Shown: positions 49,701-62,310, counted from the stretch's first letter. The stretch: DNA of 64,000 bases from Octopus sinensis (GCF_006345805.1 NC_043003.1:7874001-7938000), one strand, 5' to 3'. The notes: generated from the sequence alone by a model not told the origin. Numbers and translations are program-made.

Positions 49701-50705
49701 GGACATACAGCTGGTTTCAATTGCCCTAGCAGAAGCGTAAAAATTTCATTTAACTCAGTAAAATCAGGTTTTAATTCTCGTATTATTTCATTTGTTACAT
49801 AGTTGCCAATTTGGATTTGTTTTTTATTTTGGTTTGTATTGAGAGTTTATGAAGCGGTCTCTATCATTCATACTTGTATGTCTTACAACTTCAAGCGTAT
49901 TCAGGATCTTCTGCCTCATTTCTGCCTATAGACTCTCTGTGTTCTTCAGCAAATGCGAGATCTTCAGTTACTGTTGTTTTTTCGTTTTCCTGGCTATCTT
50001 TAACAGGTACAATAGAATTTCTTGTATCTTCAGGCCTTTGCGTACTTTGGTCAGATGGCAGTCTTTCAATTAAGCCTCGTGGCGGCTATACTGTTCATCT
50101 GATTCTTCATTTCCTTTGTGTCTTATATTTATGTCATTTTCCGTTGCGTGCTTGATCGCACTTATTTCACTGTCTGTGAGTCTGTTATTTCTAAAGATAT
50201 CCCTCCTCACATTTGCTAATTTGTTCTCGTCCAAATAGGGCCTACTGTCTTGATTCCGTGTTCTCCATATACTGTAAGAGTTTGCGGTGTGTCTATCTTG
50301 AGATGGCCTACCTAATGCATAGTAATAAGCGTATATTACTTCTTTATACTCTTCTCGGGTCCATTGTCCGCTTACATTTTTCTTTCTGTGGTGGTTGTGG
50401 TGGTGAACTTGGAGGGCTCGAGTTGGGGGATTTCCGTTCAAGTGACCATCCTGTCCGTATTCGGAGAGAGTTTGTGCCAGTTGATGACTTTTTCGATCCC
50501 AGGCTGGCTCTTCCCTGGGGGACGCGCTTCCAGATTAACCATAGGACAAGCGATTTGGTATACTGATTTAGTTTTCCTTTTAGTTTCCAAAAACATTTTG
50601 GTGCTACGATAATGTTATCATTTTTTAGCTTTGATTGGCTCGTGGGGAGACGGCCATCATTGCCGTTACAATTATAATCGTACCATTATAGCAGCCGTAG
50701 TCGGC
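46746..50705 (-). mobile_element. Near full-length R4/Dong-clade LINE with restriction-like endonuclease
   Basis: N-terminal WTREEYKEVIYAYY..LDENKLANVRRDI; RT motifs YRPITCLSTTYKILT, EQKGCRRGSYGCKDQLLI, WIDYKKAFDSIPH, (Y)MDDLKLY, YKYLG; CCHC motif CRFCNDMIETVDHLISGC, RHD, KPDIVV..IDMSIP..K; 3' (TAA)n and 5' TAATAACAATAATAA. Confidence 0.93.
46930..50441 (-). pseudogene. Dong single ORF (RT plus RLE), frameshifted
   Basis: Pieces 50070-50441, 48701-49177, 47589-48473 and 47222-47635; stop after ..VLRRALSM at ~46930. Confidence 0.88.
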
Positions 50706-50719
50706 TTATTATTGTTATT

Positions 50720-50938
50720 ATCTTCACCATTACCATCACTATCATCATTATCACCACCATTACCATCATCATCATCATCATCATCACCATCACCATCACC
50801 ACCATCATCATCAATGATATTGTTTTATGTGTAGTCACAGCAGTATCTTATTATTGTTATTTTTGTTTTTTTATCATTATCACCATCACAGTAGTGTCTG
50901 TCTGTCTCGTTGGCTGGCTTGGTGGTTGGCTGGCTGAC

Positions 50939-50988
<50 letters not shown>

Positions 50989-51162
50989 TATTCTTATCTA
51001 AGAAGAAGAAGAAGAGAAGAAAGAATTAAAAAATTATTATTATTAATTGAGAAGAAGAAGAGAAGAAGAAGAAGAAGAAGAAGAAGAAGAGAAGGAAGAA
51101 GAAGAAGAAGAATGAAAGATGATGATGATGATGATGATGATGAAGATGATGATGATGATGAT
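50720..51162. repeat. Compound trinucleotide tracts (CAT/CAC, TAT, AAG, GAT)
   Basis: Directly visible. Confidence 0.9.
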
Positions 51163-51328
51163 TTTTCACCCTTTCATCCATTAAAGAATTATGTATTAGA
51201 CTTGTAAAATCACACGGATTTACAGTTCCACGAACATTGCATGACTGTAGTTTAAATTAAAAATGTTACCCGTCTGGAAGTTATCGAGTGAATCTCCAGT
51301 GAAATGCGATGTACATATTCACACACAC

Positions 51329-51379
<51 letters not shown>

Positions 51380-52288
51380 CACACACACACAGCTATACAT
51401 ATATATGCGTGTCTGTGCATATGTATATATACACACACACACACACGCACACACAAATAGACAAACAAGCACTCACCCCCCACACACTCACACACACATA
51501 TATGTTTGTCTATGTATCCAATGTGTATACATGCTCATAAATACTTTCGCTATTCCATCGGTTTATTCAACGCTCTTAATTTTCACTTCTCTCTTTCTTA
51601 TCATCTTCATCATTTATAACTTTCCGAAACCCTAAGTCACGTGTTTTTTCTTTCCTTGTCTCGATTTGCATAATTTCATTCTGAAACATAAACCCCTTAC
51701 CATTCTCTTATTTCTGTTTTACTTCCTACCAGTTTTATATCCCAATGAAGAGATAACAAATGCATTATGATCATATTAAACAGTGATAAGTCATTGCAGC
51801 TATTAAAACATAAAATTATATTGTTCCTCATTAAATATTTTATTTAATAGCAATATAAATGTGAACTATCAAAGCTTTTCAACCATGAAACTATGACCTG
51901 GTTTGTGAAACTCTACTTAAACCTCTATTAACTACATATTATAGCAGATATATTTTACTGCATAACTGCTTTTAGGTGAATATCATTGGACAATATGGAC
52001 GTCGATTATTATCATTTAATCTACAAAAACTGGGTAAGATTTATGCGCTATGCTTAGCTAATGAAAATCCAATAATATCGCTTCCATGTGAATTATTTCA
52101 GTCTGCTTGGATGGTCTTTTGTCCTAGATTTACATTTTCTTGAAGCTGGGACTTCTTTTACTAATTGAATATCTTGTTGTTTTAATCTAATTCTTTTGAA
52201 ACACTTGTGTGTAATACAAGTAGAACATCGAGTGGAACGTAAAGAGTCCTTAAAAAGTTATATTTCTCGTTATCTACATTTCTCTTAC

Positions 52289-52340
<52 letters not shown>

Positions 52341-52342
<2 letters not shown>

Positions 52343-52651
52343 AGGCACAATGGCCCAGTGGTTAGGGCAGCGGACTCGCAGTTGTAGGATCGCGGTTTCG
52401 ATTCCCAGACCGGGTGTTGTGAGTGTTTATTGAGCAAAAACAGCTAAAGCTTCACGAGGCTCCAGCAGTGGGTGGTGGCGATCCCTGCTGTACCCTTTCG
52501 CCACAACTTTCTGTCACTCTTTCTTCTGTTTGCCTGCTCACTTAGCCAGCAGGGTGGCGTCATTTGAAGGCTAAAACCATGCGAAGCGCATTGTAACCAG
52601 CAATGTGTAGCAACATCTGATAGCTTGGTCGGTCACGGTGATCACGGTGAT
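52341..52651 (+). mobile_element. tRNA-derived SINE (family C)
   Basis: GGAGGCACAATGGCCCAGTGGTTAGGGCAGCGGACTCGC head; 3' GGTCACGGTGAT. Confidence 0.88.
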
Positions 52652-52684
52652 ATATATATATATATATAAATAGATATATGTATA

Positions 52685-52766
<82 letters not shown>

Positions 52767-52899
52767 TTTGATTACTAAATAATTTCATCTGCCGTTTATT
52801 TCTGGATCAGAAAACATCCCACTACTCTAGATTTTGAATTAGGAAGAAGACCTGTGCCGTACCGTCCCCGTTATTTTACACTGAAGATAATGATCAGTG

Positions 52900-53520
52900 A
52901 GCTTGCATGGCAGAGGCTCCCATCCTAAGACAAATTTACGAGAGACTCGAGTGAGGGAATGAATTTATGGACAGCCTTTTTCTAACCACAAGAGTAACGC
53001 AAGATTGTAGGAGGATTCTGCAAGAGCGTGACAAATTTCTCGCCTGGTAAGGTTGAATTTGCAGGCCATTAAATCAAGGTACATAGTGCCGCAGAATGGG
53101 AATAAAATCGATAAATTCTGTTTCTCAATATCCAAAACTGGCATCGACTCCATCATAGAACAAGTAACCAAGAGCTTTGGGAAAACCTTATACTCAATCA
53201 TCAAATAAACGGCTGCCATTTAAAAATCCCAAAATGGTCATAGAACCAGTTCAACAAAATTTAAACGTCACGTCACTTCTAACTGGAATTCATCATTTCC
53301 CATGACCTCTGACCTCTGTATTACAATTGTTAAATTGACAGCAGTTGAGCTCCTTGAAAGGAAGTTCGGAGGTTCTCTCTTCAAGTGGTTGGGTCTTCCC
53401 AGCAATATCAGCAATGTAGATCTATAAAATAACATTTTGTTGTCCACATTCAGTGACCGCAGCGAAGAGTGTATGGTAACATAAACAAGAGTGCAAGGAG
53501 TCCAGAGCGTTGAACGTATC
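52900..53520 (+). mobile_element. Heavily decayed HERO-like (RLE) LINE RT fragment
   Basis: FMDSLFLTTRVTQDCRRILQ (cf. FMDD), KIDKFCFSISKTGIDSIIEQVTKSFGK, AVELLERK..KWLGLPSNISNVDL, which follow the order of recalled HERO RT C-terminal motifs. Confidence 0.65.
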
Positions 53521-53669
53521 ATCGGTTGACATCTAGTCGAGTGGAGGTGTCAATTTACATTACTCCATAGGGACCATAGGGCCGCTTTCTAGGCGAGTAG
53601 TGGAGGGTGGAAATTCACAGCAGAAAAAGCGGAGAAAAACCCAGTCATTCTTAAGACAAAAGCCTGGTT

Positions 53670-53950
53670 CGAATGCATCGTGAAATTGGCAGAACGTAGG
53701 GGCAGACGAAATACCTATTTCTTTACTAGCCATAAGGGGCTAAACGCAGAGAGGACAAACAAGGACAGACAAACAGATTAAGTCGATTATATCGACCCCA
53801 GTGCTAACCTGGTGCTTATTTAATCGATCCCGAAAGAATGAAAGGCAAAGTCGACCTCGGCGGAATTTGAACTCAGAACGTAAAGATGGACGAAATACGG
53901 CTACGCATTTCGCCCGGCGTGTTAACGATTCTGCCAGCACGCCGCCTTTG
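53670..53950 (-). mobile_element. SINE family A
   Basis: Near-consensus core and linker. Confidence 0.85.
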
Positions 53951-54248
53951 AGGTTTTATATATTAATAGAATTATCGGTGTTTAATATAATTAAGATAAT
54001 GCTTTTTGACATTGATACGAAACCACACATTTCGAAAGGTACAATTGTTAAAGATCGACTGCGTCCTTGACCTGTCTCTATTCTATAAACTCCCGAAGGA
54101 TAAAAACATAGAGTCGACCACTGACTTATTGAACTCAAATAAAAAGGGATGTAACTGAATAACAATAGATTCTTGGTATGCCTGCTACTCTTCCAGTTCT
54201 GCTATTCTCCAGCACTGAGATCAATAAAAAGTACACACACACACGCAC

Positions 54249-54286
<38 letters not shown>

Positions 54287-54361
54287 TTAGAGAGAGAGGA
54301 GAAAGAGTGATTGAGGGAGAGAGATAAACAGTGTGTGTGTGTGAAAGAAAGAAAGAAAGAA

Positions 54362-54395
<34 letters not shown>

Positions 54396-55518
54396 CGAAC
54401 TTGTGGTTTTCAATCATCCTCAAAGCATATAAATATATTTTAATTCCGCTATTTCCTCAATGCGCTACAATGGCGAGGGTTCTTCTCTGAAAGTCAAACC
54501 TATATAAAACCGTGCAATGGACTCAATTGTTCTTCTCGCTGTTACCTCTACCACCGAAATACATCTGTATCTCACGTTCCAGATTTCATCATAAATATTT
54601 TCATTAATCGTTTTTCTGCAAACAATATCTACCCGAGATTTGTTTCTCGCATTTCTTCTCTCGACAGTATGAAATATATCATATAAAATACAGAATACAT
54701 ACACCTTGTTATATAAATTATGTGCATCATAAATACGCCTATACCGTAGAGTCGTTCCATTCTTCCACTCTAAGAGGATTCGAAAGCGTTATGAGTGTCT
54801 TCCTTAATTAAATTAACGAAATGGGATTTCAAAACATGCGCAAATCGGCAAATAGTTATATAAATGGTAAAGCAGGGTAAAAGATACAAGAATCAAATAG
54901 ATAAGAAAAAAAGTGGGGAAATATTGAGAGGAATGCGTAAGTATATTATAGATGTAATTAAATAAAAAGAACATAGAAGCAGAGTTATAATTGTATAAAG
55001 AATATACGAGATAAATAGGAAAACAGATCTTCCCCGCATCAGTCAATGAAAACAAACCGAATGTAGCACGGAGAGATAGATGCGTAATAATTTCCCCCTC
55101 TTTCTCTCTCTCTCCCTCTCTCTCTCCGTCTCTCCCTCTCTTTCTCTCTCTCTTTATTTTTCTCATATTCTTTGTTTCTCTCTCTATATCTCTGCCTCAG
55201 CTCACTCTCTTTCTTTCTCCGCACACACATTCATATACGTCCACACAGCCGCACACACTTACATACATACATACATACAAGCATGCATACATTCAGACAT
55301 ACATACATGCATACACATACATACATACATACATACATACATACGTACATACGTACATGCATACATACACACATACATACATACATACATACATACATAC
55401 ATACATACATACATACGTACATATATGTGTGTGTGTAAGATATTTCATCTTAACTTTATATATATATATTTATTTATTTATTTATATATTTATTTATTTA
55501 TTAAATTCTCCCTTACGT

Positions 55519-55939
55519 GTTTCAGTTATTTGATTTCGGCCATGCTGGAGCACCGCCTTTAGTCGAGCAAATCGACCCCAGGGCTTATTCTTTGTAAGCC
55601 TAGTACTTTTTTATCGGTCTCTCTTGTCAAACGGCTAAGTTACGGGGACATAAACACACCATCATCGGTTGACAAGCGATGGTGGTGGGGGGACAACCAC
55701 AAAACAAACACACAAACATATACACACATACACACAAACACGCAGACATACACATACGATGGGCTTCTCACAATCTCCGTCCACCAAATCCACTCAGAAG
55801 GCTATAGTAGAAGACATTCTGAGTGGATTACTATAGCCGAGGCTATAGTAGAAGACACTTGCCTACTGCCACGCAGTGGGACTGAACCCGGACCCATGTG
55901 GTTGGTAAGCACGCTACTTACCACACAGTCAAACCTGCG
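55519..55939 (-). mobile_element. CORE-type SINE with internal micro-inversion
   Basis: Homologous to 59210-59659; rearranged at 55787-55849. Confidence 0.8.
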
Positions 55940-56046
55940 ACTATATATATATATATATATATATATAATTGCAGCGTGGAAGGTGTTTGTAAGCCATTTA
56001 AGAAACACACAAAAGCCGTTCGATTCACTTCAACATTTAAGTTTGA

Positions 56047-56096
56047 TTTGTCAAAATATTTTCGTCGCTTTAAGACGCGACCTGTTCACTGACAAA
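56047..56096 (-). ncRNA. Hammerhead variant (G3:C8 core), left arm
   Basis: TTTGTCA-GTGAACA-G-GTCGC-GTCTTAAA-GCGAC-GAAA-ATATT-T-TGACAAA. Confidence 0.65.
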
Positions 56097-56118
56097 AATC
56101 AGAGATGCAGCACGGATT

Positions 56119-56169
56119 TTTGTCAGTGAACAGGTCGCGGTCTTAAAGCGACGAAAATATTTTGACAAA
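56119..56169 (+). ncRNA. Hammerhead variant (G3:C8 core), right arm
   Basis: Stem I 56119-56125/56163-56169; GTGAACA 56126-56132; extra G; stem II 56134-56138/56148-56152; GAAA 56153-56156; stem III palindrome AATATT; UUU triplet ending at 56162. Confidence 0.65.
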
Positions 56170-56306
56170 TTAAACTTAAATGTTGAGTGAATCGAACGGC
56201 TTTTGTGTGTTTCTTAAATGGCTTACAAACACTTTCTACGCTGCAATTGTTTTCGTTCCAGCACACGATCTCAGATCAAATCATTTGCTATGCAAGTACA
56301 TCTCCG

Positions 56307-56389
<83 letters not shown>

Positions 56390-56584
56390 TGCATGTATGT
56401 ATGTGTGTGGTGTCTGTGCGTCTGTGTGTTTGTACAATATTTCATCGTTCAATTTTATATTTTTATTTATTTGATTATTCATTATTCTTTTTCTTTCTTA
56501 AATCTTTTATTATGTCGCAAATCGTTGCTTACAAGTTCCCAATGAGTTTATAAGTGTTTTCCCACCGTTTTTAACAAAGCCCCT

Positions 56585-56905
56585 AGCACTCTGTCCGTTA
56601 CGATGACGAGTTTTCCCGTTGATACGATTAGCATACTGGTTTCCTCGTGGGACTAAACCTGCAGGTGGCTGAGTACTCCATAGACACGCATACACTTAAC
56701 TTAGTTCTCAGTGAGATTCACCGTGATACACGGAATATGACAAGAATGGTGCTTCGAAATACAGGTACTACTTATTTTTGCCAAATGAGAAACCTGGAGC
56801 AATATGAAATTAAGTGTCTTGCTGAAGGACACAACGCAGCGTTGGGAATCGAACTTATGATCTTACGATTGCAAGCTGAAAAGCCTAACCACTAAGCCAC
56901 CCGTC
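56585..56905 (-). mobile_element. tRNA-derived SINE
   Basis: GGGAATCGAAC B-box on minus strand; AAGTGTCTTGCTGAAGGACACAACGC core; same family as 18925-19235. Confidence 0.75.
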
Positions 56906-57264
56906 TTCACTATTTCTAGCCAAGAAGGCAGTGCTTGCAATTCAGTGCAGAGCTATAGTATGAAACCAATACAAGGTCCAGTCCTTTTCTGTAGTGTGGT
57001 GGCTCTTGTGTCTTAATGATTTAGGGGCAATCTTCCAGCGGTTCCCCGTGCTGGACAACTGAAAGGGTAGAGGCCAGACTAATATGGAATAATTTTTCGC
57101 AAAGGTAAAAATGGGTTTCTCTACTGTGAACACCCCTGTCTAGGAATAAATATAAAACGATGTTACAAAAGCATCGACGACAATTCAAAACCAAGATCTG
57201 GGAGAGGAAGGCCTGCCCTCCGGTTGTCAGTACACACACACACACACTCACACACACACACACA

Positions 57265-57330
<66 letters not shown>

Positions 57331-57706
57331 TATCACCTTCCTTAGCGTCAAACTAATACATCTGCTTGTTGTTTATACACCTGTCTTCGTCTTCTGTTTT
57401 TCTTTATATTTCATCTATATATATATATATACACACATACTTTTGAATTATTTCTTAATATATTTCTCATTCTTTTGTATATTTTTTGTGTCTATACTTG
57501 TAAGAAAAAATGTTTTGTTATTAAAGCAACCAGTAAAACATTAATTTTTCAGTTTGAAAACGACTACTCGAAGCTTGAAACTCATATTAAAGTCACTGAC
57601 TGTAACATTATCATTCAAATAAAAATTATCCAAAAAAAGCCATCTGTACACATTTCTTCAAATATATAATACTGTACCAAGTATCATGATTTTTTTTCTT
57701 ATCTAC

Positions 57707-57744
<38 letters not shown>

Positions 57745-57818
57745 TAGATATGTTTGTATATTATGAATTATTCTACTATATATATATATAGATATGTTTT
57801 ATATTTATGAATTTATTG

Positions 57819-57892
<74 letters not shown>

Positions 57893-59209
57893 TATATTAT
57901 ATATATGTTTATATATATAATATAAATAAATATTTTCAAGTGAAAAAATTTTCACATTTTTTCTCTTATGGGGTTTTTCACGCTAACTACCTGATAATTT
58001 CTTATTAAGATTTTATCCTTAATTGTTAAATATATATATGTTTATATAAGACGTTCTCCCACGTAGTATCTGCTAAATATATCAACCGTGTGCTCAATGG
58101 TGGAGAGAAAAATATCTCATAAATGCAGTGGAATCAACAAGATGCACTATCTTTCCGGTAGGCTTTCGTGCGTCAGCACAATTTGTGAAATACCTCGACA
58201 AAGATTTTAAAAAGTATGTTACTGCATGCTATGTCGACCATAAATTTAAAGATATTACTAACGTTAGCACGAAGTGTAACCATTCTTAGTTTTGTGGTCG
58301 TTACATCACGTCATCTTTCGAAGGTCAGGTTTTTGCAACCCAAGCATAGACGGTAGCTATGAGATAACTATTTGTGAAAAGAGAGAGTGGATCCATGAGA
58401 TACAACCGAAGTTATCGATTATATTACGTTTGTGATTAACATATTGCTTATGAGATTAACAGCTTTTCCAAATAGGATAAAATATTACCTTTCAACACAA
58501 TATACTGTGGTTGGTTTTTGTAAAACAATATACAATACAGGCTGCAGGAAAGACTGCCCTGCGATAAATAATGAGAATACCGTTGCTATTGAATACTGAC
58601 ATAACAACCGACATATTTTCTGAATTGGCGTCAATAAAAAACTTAGTGAGAAAGACGTAAAAACATGTAAAATATGCAGTGTTGCTGGACATTTTAATGT
58701 AATGGTGATATAGACAGACTATATGGCTTAATAATGTTGAATACGTACGTACGAAGACGTACAATACATACTGATAGCACAAGTCTGTTAAAACTTTCAC
58801 CGAGTACAATGATACGACCACTGATATATTTGTTTTGAAGGGAAAAAGGGAAAACAAGGGCATAAGCAAGTTTTTCTTTCAAAATCAATGGGAAAACATG
58901 TATTGACTGACAATAGCTCCGAAAACTACGACTTCTCCACAAAGATTATAAATTCACATTTACACCAAGAGAAATGAATGCATTTGGCCAGGTTAGGAAA
59001 TGTCTAAGTGACAAGCTGAAGCATTCAGAGATTTCACGTTATAAAGGTTATTATATAATACACACTCTGCTTGCAAATGCAAACAGCTGTTAGCGGAATA
59101 GAAAAAAAGAAATACGTACTTTGTTATCCTGGTTCCTGTCATATAAACCAGCAAAAGGAAAATTCCAGATAGTTAACAAAAAAAGATAACATAGATATTT
59201 ATACGTGTA

Positions 59210-59374
59210 GGCGTAGGAGTGGCTGTGTGGTAAGTAGCTTGTTTACCAACCACATCGTTCCGGGTTCAGTCCCACTGCGTGGCACCTTGGACAAGTGTCT
59301 TCTACTATAACCGCGTACCGACCAAAACCTTGTGAGTGGATTTAGAAGACGGAAACTGAAAGAAGCCCGTCGTA

Positions 59375-59429
<55 letters not shown>

Positions 59430-59659
59430 ATACGTTTGTGTGTATATGTTTGTCCCCCCGCTACATCGCTTGACAACCGATGCTGGTGTGTTTACGTCGC
59501 CGTAACTAAGCGGTTCGGCAAAAGAGACCGATAGAATAAGTACTAGGCTTACAAAGAATAAGTCTTGGGGTCGATTTGCTCGACTAAAAGGCGGTGCTCC
59601 AGCATGGCCACAGTCAAATGACTGAAACAAGTAAAATAAAAATAAAAGAATAAAAGAAT
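59210..59659 (+). mobile_element. Full CORE-type tRNA-derived SINE
   Basis: GGCGTAGGAGTGGCTGTGTGGTAAG..GGGTTCAGTCCC..GGCACCTTGGACAAGTG; internal (TA)(TG) tract; AATAAAAG tail. Confidence 0.9.
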
Positions 59660-61006
59660 GTATGTATGTAAATATGTATGTATGTATGCATGTATGTATG
59701 CGTGTGTGTATGTATCTCTGTGTGTATGAATGTATGTACGTATCTATGTGTGTGTATGTATGTGTGTATGTCTACGTGTTCCCACGGTTTCTACCTATCA
59801 ATTTCTACTCACAAAATACCGGTCTATCAGAGATTAGGAGAGACGAAGATTAAACAAAGTGCTGCGTGGTCAGAAAGATCCTGGAATTACGCTTACGAAG
59901 CAAACATTAGACCAAACAGGAATTGCCTATGCTTAACTTTTCCTTTTTCCGTGGATCTTTGGATCAACGACCAGGGAGTGTTTGTATCAGAGGGAAAACT
60001 TTGTCACGCAATAATGCATAAAGCTATAACGAATTAAAAGTCCCGATACCAATAAATGCGTGTTTCGAAAGCTATTGTAAGCTATAGCGCAATGTCTTTG
60101 TGTCAAGACATCAGATCAAATCATTCGACCAAAGAAATATTACTCGCTTTTCGTAATACTCCCTTTTAGATATTTTGTCATTTAATTGAGCGTTTGCTCA
60201 ATTCTATTCAGTCACAGCAGTCAGGATTGAAAACACGATAACAAATCTTAGAAACACTCTTTTAATCAATAGCGTACATTCGGCGTTAATCCGCCCTTAA
60301 ATCCAACACGTATCCATTTATCTAACAAAACTGTATTAATTTTGCACTATATAATTATTTACAATCTTCTATGCTCATGCACTGATATGCTCGCAAGAAA
60401 ATGTCCTTCTACATAGAGTTAAACATCTGCAAGCAGATATATAAATATACCGTAAAACTAAATAATAGTACACACTCAAATTACCTAACCCTTACACGCA
60501 TATATCCATCCTTAATCACATATTCAACACATATTTAATATCAAATTATATTTACTATTTTAAGATACGAATTCATTTTGAACATATGTTGATATAAATA
60601 TGTTATTATATTAATAATTATTGAGCAGATATCTGGCAAGTTCTTTGTGTTAAATTATATTATATTTCGTCTTATTGAGTTTATCTCTTCCTCCGCATAT
60701 CAATTTGGGTTGTTATATCTTAGATTTAGCTTTATTACATTTATTTCACTGCTAAAACTTCATTCACCAAAGACACTTTCTAAAGATACAGTAAACAGCA
60801 TTTTCAGCATAAAGAGTGTGTATTGTATATTGGAGTATCAAATTGCTTCGTCGAATATATATTTTACCTCATAGAATATAAATATTTACCATTCTTTTCA
60901 AAGTAGACTTTTGTAAGATATCACAGATATTTCTAACATGATGTGTGCGTATCTGTGTGCGCATGTGCATGTGTGCGTACGTGTATATATATATATATAT
61001 ATATAT

Positions 61007-61085
<79 letters not shown>

Positions 61086-61093
61086 GTATACAA

Positions 61094-61139
<46 letters not shown>

Positions 61140-61178
61140 GTATACATATATATATATGTATATATATATGTGTGTGTG

Positions 61179-61564
61179 GTGGCTACCCCTTCGTTATCGA
61201 GTATGGCCATTGCACGAAGCTTAGTCAATGTTGTTATCGTGCAATACCTGTGCAAGAAGATTTTTTTAAAGTGAGGAAAGGCTGTGCACTGAGTCAATCC
61301 CACTCACTAAGCAACAGCAGCCATAATCCGAATACAAGAACAAGTCAACATCATCGGTAAACACTGAGCCGCAGGTTTTATGCCGGGGTTATCCCACTTA
61401 CCTGAGTTACCTTCTCCTAGAAGGATGCCCTAACAAAGGCTAGGAGTCCTTCACTCCCAATGGTTTAACCGCGTGATCGGGTATTCAGTCCGATTATTTC
61501 TATGTCCTTGCGCATGATACAGCCTTAAGACATTTATTGGATGGCCGTTGACTCTCAAGAGTTC
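61179..61564 (+). mobile_element. Unclassified ~390 bp (CATA)n-tailed interspersed element, copy 2
   Basis: Inverted copy of 33011-33399, followed by (CATA)n. Confidence 0.8.
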
Positions 61565-61803
61565 ATACATACATACATACATACATACATACATACATAA
61601 TACATACATACATACATACATATATATATAACTTCCAAGAAAGTTAGGGGTTGTGAATCCAACCCACTAAGGGATAATATCTATCCAATATACTACTGGT
61701 AGAATACCCAATTATTAATACATAAGTGTTTTTTCATTGCATGGCAATTACATTACCGAGTGTAATAAATGGGTGAGGGTAAGACGTTATTTTATCCTTA
61801 ATT

Positions 61804-62310
61804 TATACGGCTATAAGAAAATGGAGGGGATCAAGAGGTGGTAGTCATCAACTTTTAGACATTATATTATGTCTATTTAAAAAAAAACAATAACAATATA
61901 CATACTTGTATAACATATTATGCTTTACATATGCAATATATAAAAATACCAGTAATTATTAAAGTATATAAGGTAGAGCATAGAAAGTAGGATAGAATCT
62001 TACAGCTGTTTCAGCCAAGAGGCCATAGTACCCTACTTTATTTCTATGCCTTCAGTGAACTGAAGTATTTGGTAGATAAGATTAAGGCACTTGAGTGTGT
62101 CTCTGGGTTGTAAGATACTATCTTACTTTCTATGCTCTACGTTATATATTTTAATAATTACTGGTATTTTTATATATTATATATGTAAAGCATAATATGT
62201 TATATATGTATGTATATTGTTATAATTGTTTTTTTTTAATTATTAGACATAATATAATGTCTAAAATTTGATGAATACCACCTCTTGATCCCCTCCGTGT
62301 TCTTATTGCC

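Larger units (their letters stand above)
55967..56248. repeat. Palindrome (~134 bp arms, 14-nt spacer)
   Basis: AATTGCAGCGTGGAAGGTGTTTGTAAGCC.. versus ..GGCTTACAAACACTTTCTACGCTGCAATT; spacer 56101-56114. Confidence 0.96.

Noticed and set aside
50600-50705. Possible HDV-like ribozyme in the Dong 5'UTR
   Set aside because: A CGT-CTCCCC-ACG hairpin exists, but P1, P1.1 (GG) and P2 could not be assembled.
12119-52651. tRNA-like sequences at SINE heads
   Set aside because: They continue into SINE bodies and lack a proper acceptor stem, so they are not tRNA genes.
58492-58869. 125-aa hydrophobic ORF
   Set aside because: Composition reflects T-rich sequence; no receptor or channel motif recognised.
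5104-61360. Dozens of ORFs rich in YI, HT, VC, MY or LS repeats
   Set aside because: They are translations of (TA)n, (CA)n, (CATA)n, (GATA)n and (GA)n microsatellites, not genes.
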